Positions 18,723 to 27,868 of a stretch of 64,000 nt of DNA are shown here, piece by piece. Position 1 is the stretch's first letter. Every line of letters starts with the position of its first letter. A program made the translations under genes and the position numbers. The stretch lies in the NCBI GenBank assembly GCA_964586835.1, contig CAZPIC010000006.1, forward strand, positions 17,534-81,533, written 5' to 3'. The notes under the pieces are model-generated. The model saw only the letters and a list, made by a program, of their open reading frames with translations. It was not told the origin of the DNA and searched no databases. The stretch is from an uncultured Oscillospiraceae bacterium (lineage in GTDB: Bacteria; Bacillota; Clostridia; Christensenellales; Aristaeellaceae).

Positions 18723-18989
18723 ATGCAGAGAAAAAGCCTGCGTTTCGAAGGAAAGGTGCAACGCGTGGGCTTTCGCTTTGAAGCGGAGCTGATCGCCAGG
18801 CGCTTGGGGCTGACCGGCAGTGCAGAGAACCTCGCAGACGGCTCCGTCAGCCTGGAACTCCAGGGACACCCGGAGGCGATCCAGGAGCTGGTGACCGCGA
18901 TGAAGGGGCTTCGGCGGATCAGGATCACCCGGATACAGGAAAAGGACCTTCCTGTTTTTGAGGGTGAGCAGGGCTTTTCCATCTTATAA
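18723..18989 (+). CDS. acyP: acylphosphatase
   Basis: 88 aa, MQRKSLRFEGKVQRVGFRFEAE matches the acylphosphatase V.G.VQGVGFR signature. ATG at 18723 lies 6 nt after GGAAGGAG. Confidence 0.85.
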   Translation: MQRKSLRFEGKVQRVGFRFEAELIARRLGLTGSAENLADGSVSLELQGHPEAIQELVTAMKGLRRIRITRIQEKDLPVFEGEQGFSIL

Positions 18990-19140
18990 AAAACCTGGGC
19001 GACCCGTACCGGACGCGGATGGCACCGCCTCCCCGGATCGGAGCCTGCATGGCAGGCCAAGCCGCTGTCATTCAATCACAGGCCCTTGTCGCCTGTAGCC
19101 CTGCAGCGCAAGAGGTATCTTACAGGAGAACAAGTATTCT

Positions 19141-19298
19141 TCAGGTCAGTGTCAGTTGTCCGACCGCGATGTCACTTGTCTCGGATCAGGCATACAACAT
19201 CGTCCAAACCACGTTAAAAGGTCCGGGCATCGCTATAGCCCGAACCTTTGGTAACCTTCATAAGCGCAAAACCGACACGCTCTCCGACACTGACCTGA
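19141..19298. repeat. 158-bp unit bounded by perfect 13-bp inverted repeats (MITE-like or palindromic element)
   Basis: TCAGGTCAGTGTC at 19141-19153 and its exact reverse complement GACACTGACCTGA at 19286-19298, enclosing the hairpin at 19217-19249. Lies in an ORF-free convergent intergenic region. Confidence 0.4.
19217..19249. terminator. bidirectional rho-independent terminator candidate
   Basis: 12-bp stem with one mismatch (AAAGGTCCGGGC / GCCCGAACCTTT) and a 9-nt loop. A-tract on one side and T-tract on the other. Sits between the convergent acyP and nifU. Confidence 0.5.
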
Positions 19299-19400
19299 TC
19301 GGGTGCCCCGTCCCCGCCAGCCCTGCCCTTCGCGTTTGGCGAACCAAGGAGGCGGCATCCGGAAGTGGATGCTCAGGCGTCCCGGCTCACCTGCCGGCCT

Positions 19401-19823
19401 TCAGCCACAGCGGCTGCAGTTTCCGTTGCAGAAAAGCTCGCGTCCGTATTCAATGCTGTGGCGATCATAGTAATCCTTGATCGCAGCCTTGATCGCCTCC
19501 TCTGCAAGCACAGAGCAGTGCACCTTGTTGGCCGGAAGCCCATCCAGCGCTTCCACCACTGCCTTGTTTGTCAGCTGAAGGGCCTCCTCCAGGCGCTTGC
19601 CCTTGACCATTTCAGTCGCCATGGAGCTGGTCGCGATCGCACTGCCACACCCGAAGGTGTTGAACTTTACATCGGTGATGAGCCCGTCGTCCACCTTGAT
19701 GTACATCCGCATGATATCGCCGCACCTGGCGTTCCCCACCTCGCCGACCCCGTCGGCATCGTCCATTTTCCCAACGTTGCGCGGGTGTGTAAAGTGGTCC
19801 ATGACCTTTTCACTGTACAGCAT
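19401..19823 (-). CDS. nifU: Fe-S cluster assembly scaffold protein NifU/IscU
   Basis: 140 aa. HF..P.N.G, GNARCGD, FNTFGCGSAIA and NKVHCSVLAEEA are the three conserved Cys contexts of IscU. Confidence 0.93.
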   Translation of the reverse strand: MLYSEKVMDHFTHPRNVGKMDDADGVGEVGNARCGDIMRMYIKVDDGLITDVKFNTFGCGSAIATSSMATEMVKGKRLEEALQLTNKAVVEALDGLPANKVHCSVLAEEAIKAAIKDYYDRHSIEYGRELFCNGNCSRCG

Positions 19824-19836
19824 GGGTTCCTCCTTG

Positions 19837-21051
19837 CTATATGATATGCTCTCTCAAGCCTTTTTGAAGATCATCCCAGATGGGAGATATGCTGCGCAGG
19901 TACTCCACAACGCCCGGAACGCTCGCGAGGATATGCGTGATCTCCTCGTCCGTGTTGTACTCGCTGATGCTGAGCCGCAGCGATCCATGGGCGACCTCGT
20001 GGGGAAGTCCCAGGGCAAGGAGGACGTGGCTTGGATCCAGGGAGCCGCTGGTGCAAGCAGATCCGGAAGAAGCACAAATTCCCTTTTGATCCAGCAGCAA
20101 TAGCAGCGACTCGCCTTCGATGCCTTCAAAGCATAGATTGACAATCCCCGGCAGCCGCCTGTCCCTGTCACCATTGAGCACAGCGTGCGGGATCTGGGTC
20201 AGCTGCTCAATCAGCCTGTCTCGCATGGCGCTGACACGGACAGAGACCTCCTCCTGCCTGTCACAGGCATCCTTCAGCGCCGCCGCCATCCCAACAATGG
20301 CAGGGATATTCTCCGTTCCGGGGCGGACTCCCCTTTCCTGAGCTCCCCCTTCCAGCAGGTTTGTCGGCCGTATCCCTCTTCGGGCATAGAGGGCACCCAC
20401 GCCCTTGGGGCCATGGAATTTGTGCGCTGAAAGAGACAGCATGTCAATGCGTTGCTGTTTGACATCAATCGGCAGGTGCCCGGCTGCCTGCACCGCATCC
20501 GTAAAGAAAGGGACGCCCTTTTCCCGGCAGACTGCTCCGATTTCAGCGATGGGCTGGACGGTGCCAATCTCATTATTGGCAAACATCACGGCCACCAGGG
20601 CTGTTTTTTCGCTGATAGCATCGCGCACCGCCTTGGCCTCTACCATTCCGCCCGACCCCACCTCAAGCCAGGTCACCTCAAGCCCGTTTTTCTCAAGCTT
20701 CTTGACCGCGTGGAGGACGGCATGGTGCTCAAACACCGTCGTGACCACGTGGTTGCGGCCCTTCTTCGCACCTGCAGCCACGGCGGTAAGGAGGGCCTGG
20801 TTATTCGCCTCCGTGCCTCCGGAAGTAAAGGTAATTTCGCCAGGGCTGGCATTCAGACATTCCGCCACTGTCTGTCTCGCCTTCAGCAGAGCGCCCGCAG
20901 CGTTTTGCCCAAGGCTGTGCAGACTGCTCGGGTTGCCATATTGCTCGGCAAAATAAGGCATCATGGCCTCCAGCGCGGAGGAACTGAGTTTTGTCGTTGC
21001 CGCGTTGTCCGCATAAATCATGTGCGATGTTCCATCCGTTTCGTTGTTCAT
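19837..21051 (-). CDS. nifS: cysteine desulfurase NifS/IscS
   Basis: IYADNAATT, SGGTEANN, SLSAHKFHGPKGVGALY (PLP lysine), SSGSACTSG (active-site Cys). ATG at 21051 lies 5 nt after the Rrf2 stop; an alternative start is at 21021. Confidence 0.93.
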   Translation of the reverse strand: MNNETDGTSHMIYADNAATTKLSSSALEAMMPYFAEQYGNPSSLHSLGQNAAGALLKARQTVAECLNASPGEITFTSGGTEANNQALLTAVAAGAKKGRNHVVTTVFEHHAVLHAVKKLEKNGLEVTWLEVGSGGMVEAKAVRDAISEKTALVAVMFANNEIGTVQPIAEIGAVCREKGVPFFTDAVQAAGHLPIDVKQQRIDMLSLSAHKFHGPKGVGALYARRGIRPTNLLEGGAQERGVRPGTENIPAIVGMAAALKDACDRQEEVSVRVSAMRDRLIEQLTQIPHAVLNGDRDRRLPGIVNLCFEGIEGESLLLLLDQKGICASSGSACTSGSLDPSHVLLALGLPHEVAHGSLRLSISEYNTDEEITHILASVPGVVEYLRSISPIWDDLQKGLREHII

Positions 21052-21056
21052 TTGGG

Positions 21057-21479
21057 TCACGCGTCCAGCCCCCCGCTGTTTTCCAGCAGATCGGCGATGG
21101 TCACGCGTTCGAGGTAGTCCTCCACCACCGTATCCAAGCCTTTCCAAAGAGGCAGGGTCGGACAGTCCTCCGCACGGTCGCAGCGCCTGTCCCTGCCCCC
21201 CACGCAGGCTGCAGGCGCCAGGCCTCTCTCTACCTTTGCAAGCACGGAACCCACCGACACATCCTCCGCCGGCCTGGACAGCCGGTAGCCCCCATCTTTT
21301 CCGCGCTTGCTGTTAATCAGTTCCGCCTTGCCCAACGCAGATGCAATGGACTCAAGGTATTTGCGTGAAATCCCCTGCCTGCGCGCCACTTCATTCAGGC
21401 TGACAAACCCGCTTTGCGCGTGCTTTGCCAAATCAACCATGACCCGCAGCGCGTATCTTCCCCTGGTGGAGATCACCAT
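21057..21479 (-). CDS. Rrf2 family transcriptional regulator (IscR-like)
   Basis: 140 aa. N-terminal wHTH STRGRYALRVMVDLA...ISRKYLE. Three clustered Cys (ACVGGRDRRCDRAEDC) could ligate an Fe-S cluster. First gene of the nifS-nifU operon. Confidence 0.9.
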   Translation of the reverse strand: MVISTRGRYALRVMVDLAKHAQSGFVSLNEVARRQGISRKYLESIASALGKAELINSKRGKDGGYRLSRPAEDVSVGSVLAKVERGLAPAACVGGRDRRCDRAEDCPTLPLWKGLDTVVEDYLERVTIADLLENSGGLDA

Positions 21480-21520
21480 GCTTTCGTCCTCCTGAAGCCG
21501 GCGGATGACCCGCCGGTCAG

Positions 21521-21549
21521 ATCATACGCCCAATCTCCTACCAAGTCAA
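21521..21549 (-). promoter_or_regulatory. sigma-A promoter candidate for iscR-nifS-nifU
   Basis: Minus-strand TTGACT (21549-21544), 17-nt spacer, TATGAT (21526-21521). The inverted repeat CCGGCGG-5nt-CCGCCGG follows immediately in the leader. Confidence 0.5.
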
Positions 21550-21565
21550 TATGAATTTGTGACAC

Positions 21566-21594
21566 TTGTACACCGAAGCCTAGACTGCTACAAT
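21566..21594 (+). promoter_or_regulatory. sigma-A promoter candidate for the DUF6273-like gene
   Basis: TTGTAC (21566-21571), 17-nt spacer, TACAAT (21589-21594), 30 nt upstream of the ATG at 21625. Confidence 0.4.
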
Positions 21595-21624
21595 GATTGT
21601 ATCAATCGTCAGGAGAATGCGCAA

Positions 21625-22335
21625 ATGAGGCAAAGAACGTTCGTCCTTCTGCCGGCAGTGCTGCTGGCCGCCCTGCTGGCTGTATCCCCCGCCATCGCCT
21701 CCAGTCTGGAAGGCTATGACAGCCAGTCGAGGCGCTACACCTATGCGACCCTAGGATCCTTCCCGACACTCGCGGATGGGACAGAGCTGCCCATCGTATG
21801 GCGCGTGCTGGCAGCCGGAGACAGCGATGCCATTTTGATGTCCGACAGAATCCTGGAGACAAAACAGCTGCACCATAGTTACCGCCCCTACCCCGGATGG
21901 CAGGAGTCAGACCTCTATGCCTACCTGAACGGCGAATTCATGGCGCGTGCGTTCAGCCCAGCTGAGCAATCCGCCCTCCTTTCGGGCGAAGACGGAGGTC
22001 GCGTCACATTGCCCTCGGCAGACGATATCCGAAACGCTGCCTACGGCTTCAAAGACGACAACAGCCGCAAGCTCAAGGCCACTGAATACGCCATGACGAC
22101 AGGCCTGTATGAGTATGAGTACAAGAGCTACCATCCCATCTGGACGCGTACGCCAAGTACAGGCCATGATTTCGCCCAGCGTACCACCAAACTGCATGGC
22201 AAGGTGGGTTATCTGGCGGTCACCGCCAAGGATCTCGGGGTCATTCCCTGTATCCGCATTGAGCTTGATCGGCTTTCGATCGAAGGCGGAAGCGGCTCTT
22301 CGGAGGATCCTTACCGGCTGGTCCCAGTCGAATAA
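21625..22335 (+). CDS. secreted DUF6273-like protein
   Basis: ATG at 21625 lies 8 nt after AGGAGA. Signal peptide MRQRTFVLLPAVLLAALLAVSPAIA. The pattern WRVL...ILMSDRIL...W..S.L..YLN..F...FS..E...I, ...YA...G...WTR(T)P, and GVIPCIRI recalls DUF6273 from memory. Confidence 0.65.
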   Translation: MRQRTFVLLPAVLLAALLAVSPAIASSLEGYDSQSRRYTYATLGSFPTLADGTELPIVWRVLAAGDSDAILMSDRILETKQLHHSYRPYPGWQESDLYAYLNGEFMARAFSPAEQSALLSGEDGGRVTLPSADDIRNAAYGFKDDNSRKLKATEYAMTTGLYEYEYKSYHPIWTRTPSTGHDFAQRTTKLHGKVGYLAVTAKDLGVIPCIRIELDRLSIEGGSGSSEDPYRLVPVE

Positions 22336-22490
22336 ATCTTCGCTGTCTGGGGCCTGCCCAGCTTCGTTTCCGGGTTCCAGTCGGGCTTCATGATCCCGGA
22401 GGGGTAAAGATTCACTGATGGGTGACAGATGTCTTGCCCACCATGGCACGGTGTGCTACACTCCGGCAAACCCGGCAAGGAGATGGCGTC

Positions 22491-23072
22491 ATGGCCTTCA
22501 TCAGACGTGAGAACCTGAACCTCGCAAACGCGCTCACGCTTCTGCGCGTGCTTCTCATCCCGGTCTTTTGCCTGCTGAAGATAGCAGGCCGCAATACGGC
22601 CGCACTGGCCGTATTTTTACTGGCTGGGGTCACGGATATTCTGGATGGATACGCAGCCAGAAAACTCAAGGTGGTTACCGATTTTGGCAAGCTGCTGGAC
22701 CCGCTAGCCGACAAGCTGATGGTTCTTTCCGCCCTGCTTCTCTTTGTCGTCAGGGGAGTTTTCCCGCTTTCCGCTCTGCTGATCCTCTTCGGAAAAGAAC
22801 TGCTCGTGGTCGTAGGTGGTCTGCTTCTGTACAGAAGAAAACAAGTCGTCTCCAGTCGGCACATCGGAAAGGCAGCCCAGTGCGTCTTATTTATCTCGTT
22901 GTCTCTGGGCTTTTTTCACGACCGTCTTTGTGCCGCAGGCCTTCCTATTCACCGAGTTCTCCTGTGGGTTGCTGTCGGTCTTTCCCTGGCGGCCCTCTTC
23001 TTTTACAGCTATACCAACGTGTTGCGCCATGGCGCTGACCCTCCACAGCCCCCGGCAGACAAAGCTCCCTGA
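22491..23072 (+). CDS. pgsA: CDP-diacylglycerol--glycerol-3-phosphate 3-phosphatidyltransferase
   Basis: CDP-alcohol phosphatidyltransferase motif DILDGYAARKLKVVTDFGKLLDPLADK. ATG at 22491 lies 8 nt after AAGGAG. Confidence 0.88.
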   Translation: MAFIRRENLNLANALTLLRVLLIPVFCLLKIAGRNTAALAVFLLAGVTDILDGYAARKLKVVTDFGKLLDPLADKLMVLSALLLFVVRGVFPLSALLILFGKELLVVVGGLLLYRRKQVVSSRHIGKAAQCVLFISLSLGFFHDRLCAAGLPIHRVLLWVAVGLSLAALFFYSYTNVLRHGADPPQPPADKAP

Positions 23073-24572
<1,500 letters not shown>

Positions 24573-24627
24573 GCCACCTCGGGATTGAGCCGCCGGAAAA
24601 CCCCGGGCGGGTGCGGCGGGTGTTGAC

Positions 24628-25401
24628 CTACTGCGCAGCCGGCCTGTCGCTGCGTCGGTTGATCGCCAGAAGCAGTACCAGCAACGTGGCAAACATCAGC
24701 GCGCTGAGCGCGTTCATCGTCGGCTTGATACCTTTTCGTGCTTCCGAATAGATCAGAGTCGAGAGGTTCTGAACCAGCGGGCTCGTCGTGAAGTAGCTAA
24801 TGGTGAAGTCGTCCAGCGACAGCGTAAATGCCAGCAGCGCGCCGGTGACGATCCCCTGCCTGATATGCGGGAGGATCACGTGCAGCAGCGCATACGCAGG
24901 AGAGGCGCCTAGGTCCAGGGCGGCCTCATAGCTAAAACGGTTCATCTGTCTGAGCTTTGGCATGACGGAAAGCACGACGTAAGGAATATTAAAGGAGATG
25001 TGCGCAAGCAGCATCGTCAGATAGCCACGCTCCAACTTGGTAAACAAAAAGAGCAGCATGAGCGAAATGCCGGTGACAATGTCGGGCATCGTCATGGGAA
25101 TATTGGTGAAGGTCATCATAAAGGACTGGGGCCTTCGGGCCATCGCGTGGATGCCGATGGCCGCCATCGTTCCGATAGCCGTGGAGACGGCGGCGGACAG
25201 CAGCGCCACTGTCACCGTCACGTACACAGCCCGCATGATGGAGGGGCTTCTGAACAGTTCCGTATACCATTTCAGGGAAAACCCCTGCCACTTTGCCCTG
25301 CTCACACCCGCGTTGAAGGACTGCACGATCAGCACGATGATCGGGACATACAGAAACAGGAGGATCAGGAGGAGGTAAAGGCGTTTCGTCCACTTGATCA
25401 T
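24628..25401 (-). CDS. potC: spermidine/putrescine ABC transporter permease PotC
   Basis: 257 aa, 6-TM permease with the EAA loop YEAALDLGASPAYALLHVILP. 4-nt overlap with potB. Confidence 0.85.
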   Translation of the reverse strand: MIKWTKRLYLLLILLFLYVPIIVLIVQSFNAGVSRAKWQGFSLKWYTELFRSPSIMRAVYVTVTVALLSAAVSTAIGTMAAIGIHAMARRPQSFMMTFTNIPMTMPDIVTGISLMLLFLFTKLERGYLTMLLAHISFNIPYVVLSVMPKLRQMNRFSYEAALDLGASPAYALLHVILPHIRQGIVTGALLAFTLSLDDFTISYFTTSPLVQNLSTLIYSEARKGIKPTMNALSALMFATLLVLLLAINRRSDRPAAQ

Positions 25402-26390
25402 ATCACGCCCCCTCCCTCGCCTTCCGGATCAAACTTCCTGAGCAGCCCCAGGCTGAACAGGATCAGCACCATCATCACAAGGGACAGCGCGCTGCCCGCA
25501 TTCCAGTTGTCCGCCGTTAGAAATGTCCTCTCGATCAGGTCGCCAAACATCTCGGTTTTTCCGCCCCCAAGGATGCGCGGAATAAAAAACGTCGTTACGG
25601 AAGGCATGAAGACCATGGTGATTCCGGAAATGATCCCGGGCAGGCTCAGGGGAAAAGTCACGCGCCAGAAGGTCAGCCACTTGCCCGCGCCCAGATCCAT
25701 GGCTGCTTCCTGCAGCCTTTCGTCCTGCCTGCTGAGCGCGTTGTATATGGGGAACACCATAAAAGGAAGGAAGTTGTAGACCATCCCAAGGAGGACGGCC
25801 TGCGTATTGTACATCAGTTGCACTTTCCCAAAGCCGAGCGCTCTGAGAAGCGCATTGATCAGGCCATTGTCCTCAAGCAGAGTCATCCAGGCAATCGTGC
25901 GAAGAAGAAAATTCATCCACATGGGGATGACAAACAACACCGCAATCGTCGGGCCCAGCCGCAGGCCACGGTCTGCCATGACCATGGCAGCAGGATAGCC
26001 AAGCACAAACGAGATGGCGGTGCAGGCCAGCGCCATCCAGAGGGAATAGACCAGCGTGTCCACGTTGACCGTCCCACGGGCTTCCATCCCCAGCTCCGCC
26101 GGGTCAAAGCCCATCTCCGCCAGCTGGCGCTTCATGCCCGCGTTGCTGTCCCAAAAATGAATGAAATTGTCAAACGTCGGGCGCCCGTTTCCATCTGTAA
26201 ACGCATAATATCCGATCAACAACAGGGGGACTACGGTAAAGACAAGCATCCACAGCCCATACGGCCACGCGTAAAGCGAACGGTGCATGCCGCTGTATCG
26301 GCGATAAGCCTGCCAGAACAGCACCGTGAAAACCCCCAGGACCAGAACCGCAATCCAGAGAGCTCCTCCCGGAAGCACCGTCGCGGTCAC
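25398..26390 (-). CDS. potB: spermidine/putrescine ABC transporter permease PotB (with an extra N-terminal TM segment)
   Basis: EAA loop QEAAMDLGAGKWLTFWRVTFP. The ATG at 26390 overlaps the potA stop (ATGA), which supports the long form. Confidence 0.85.
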   Translation of the reverse strand: MTATVLPGGALWIAVLVLGVFTVLFWQAYRRYSGMHRSLYAWPYGLWMLVFTVVPLLLIGYYAFTDGNGRPTFDNFIHFWDSNAGMKRQLAEMGFDPAELGMEARGTVNVDTLVYSLWMALACTAISFVLGYPAAMVMADRGLRLGPTIAVLFVIPMWMNFLLRTIAWMTLLEDNGLINALLRALGFGKVQLMYNTQAVLLGMVYNFLPFMVFPIYNALSRQDERLQEAAMDLGAGKWLTFWRVTFPLSLPGIISGITMVFMPSVTTFFIPRILGGGKTEMFGDLIERTFLTADNWNAGSALSLVMMVLILFSLGLLRKFDPEGEGGGVI

Positions 26391-27442
26391 GCCGGCGCCT
26401 CCTTCAGGGCACGCATGACATGGATGTTGAAGGGGACGACCGACAGCCCTACACAGGACCCTTCCGGCTGCATGGTGGTGGAGTGTACCTTCCAGGTGTT
26501 GTCCTGCGCGTTGATGAGCATCTCGTAGTGCACTCCCTTGAAATGCACGCTCTTGACGACCCCGATCAGGTGCCCTACGTCCTCCCCGACGATCATGATG
26601 TCCTCCGGGCGAATGAGGACATCCACCGGTTCATCCCGGGCAAAGCCCGAATCCACGCAAGTGAAGTCGACTCCGGAAAAATGAACGAGCTCATCTCTCA
26701 GCATGATGCCTGGGAAGATGTTGCTCTCGCCGATGAAATCTGCAACAAAGGCGCTTTTGGGTTCGTCATAGATATGTTTTGGAGTCCCAATCTGCTGGAT
26801 GCGCCCGTCCTTCATGACGACAACGATGTCCGACATCGTCAGCGCCTCTTCCTGATCGTGGGTGACAAAGATGAAGGTGATGCCAAGGAGTTTTTGCATC
26901 CGTTTAATCTCAAGCTGCATGCCTTTGCGCAGCTTGAGGTCCAGCGCGCCCAGCGGTTCGTCCAGGAGCAGCACCTCGGGTTCATTGACCAGGGCCCGGG
27001 CGATGGCGACACGTTGCTGCTGGCCCCCGGAGAGGGAATCCACGCTTCGTCTGCCGAATTCCACCAGATTGACCATCGCCAGCATTTTCTCTACCCGGCT
27101 CTTGATCTCAGCCTTCGGTCTTTTCGCCACCTTGAGGCCAAAGGCAACATTGTCAAACACATTCAGGTGAGGAAAGAGAGCGTATTTCTGAAACACGGTA
27201 TTGACCCGTCGCTTATAAGGGGGAAGCGCCGTAATGTCCTTCCCGTCAAACAGCACGCGCCCGGTGGAAGGCTTTTCAAAGCCACCGATGATCCTCAGCG
27301 TGGTCGTCTTGCCACAACCAGAGGGCCCCAGCAGCGTGACAAACTCATTTTTCCGGATATAGAGGTTGATGTCCGAAAGGACTTCCTCGCCATCATATTC
27401 CTTGGAAAGGTTTTCCAGTGTAATCAGACGCGGCCGTTCCAC
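26387..27442 (-). CDS. potA: spermidine/putrescine ABC transporter ATP-binding protein PotA
   Basis: GTG start 9 nt after GGGAGGA. Walker A GPSGCGKTT, signature LSGGQQQRVAIARAL, Walker B LLLDEP, and a C-terminal TOBE-like domain. Confidence 0.9.
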   Translation of the reverse strand: MERPRLITLENLSKEYDGEEVLSDINLYIRKNEFVTLLGPSGCGKTTTLRIIGGFEKPSTGRVLFDGKDITALPPYKRRVNTVFQKYALFPHLNVFDNVAFGLKVAKRPKAEIKSRVEKMLAMVNLVEFGRRSVDSLSGGQQQRVAIARALVNEPEVLLLDEPLGALDLKLRKGMQLEIKRMQKLLGITFIFVTHDQEEALTMSDIVVVMKDGRIQQIGTPKHIYDEPKSAFVADFIGESNIFPGIMLRDELVHFSGVDFTCVDSGFARDEPVDVLIRPEDIMIVGEDVGHLIGVVKSVHFKGVHYEMLINAQDNTWKVHSTTMQPEGSCVGLSVVPFNIHVMRALKEAPA

Positions 27443-27745
27443 TCAAAGCGTTCCTCCCGAATTGTGATCGGGCTCCGGACCCGGTCCGGGCACGCTGCCT
27501 TCTCTTCACCGCGACATACGGCAGCCGATTTTGGATCCCTGTGCCCCTTGCCCAGCAGCGCCGGCATAACCGGGCGACCCCTGCGCCATCCGGCAGGCTC
27601 TCCTGGCGCTGCACAGGATGGCCACAAAACTTCGATGGCCAGAAAACAGACTTCATGGAACCACAGGTTCCGGTTGCTTGTCAACGGCCGTGGGACGTCA
27701 CCAGCATGAAAATGCCCCAAATCCATGTGATTCAGGGCACTTTTG
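27443..27745 (-). promoter_or_regulatory. long (about 300 nt) GC-rich leader between tRNA-Trp and potA; candidate promoter plus structured 5' UTR
   Basis: Minus-strand TTGACA with a weak TGgTTCCAT -10 region about 230 nt upstream of potA. Several 5-7 bp GC hairpins: GCGCCA/TGGCGC, GCTGCC/GGCAGC, CCGGACC/GGTCCGG. A CCCGA/TCGGG stem overlaps the RBS. I recognise no known riboswitch consensus. Confidence 0.3.
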
Positions 27746-27819
27746 TGGCAGGGGCAGAAGGACTCGAACCCTCAACAAAGGTTTTGGAGACCCACGTGTT
27801 ACCATTACACCATGCCCCT
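27746..27819 (-). tRNA. trnW: tRNA-Trp (anticodon CCA)
   Basis: The reverse complement reads AGGGGCA-TG-GTGT-AATGGTA-ACAC-G-TGGGT-CTCCAAA-ACCTT-...-GAGGG-TTCGAGT-CCTTC-TGCCCCT-GCCA. It has a 7-bp acceptor stem, a GTTCGAGTC T-loop, anticodon loop CU-CCA-AA and an encoded CCA end. Confidence 0.9.
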
Positions 27820-27868
27820 AAGGGAACGGCGGCATTATATTCCACAAGCCTCTCTATGTCAAGACCCG

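Noticed and set aside
19019-19480. 153-aa plus-strand ORF in the acyP-nifU gap
   Set aside because: Its composition is not protein-like, it runs antisense into nifU, and it has no RBS. The region is better explained by inverted repeats and a terminator.
26420-27709. 429-aa plus-strand ORF
   Set aside because: It is antisense to potA, which carries unambiguous Walker A, signature and Walker B motifs, so this is a shadow ORF.
27746-27819. tRNA-Trp as an integration site for a mobile element
   Set aside because: There is no integrase, no excisionase, no repeat of the tRNA 3' end and no compositional shift on either side. The flanking genes are potA and mnmE.
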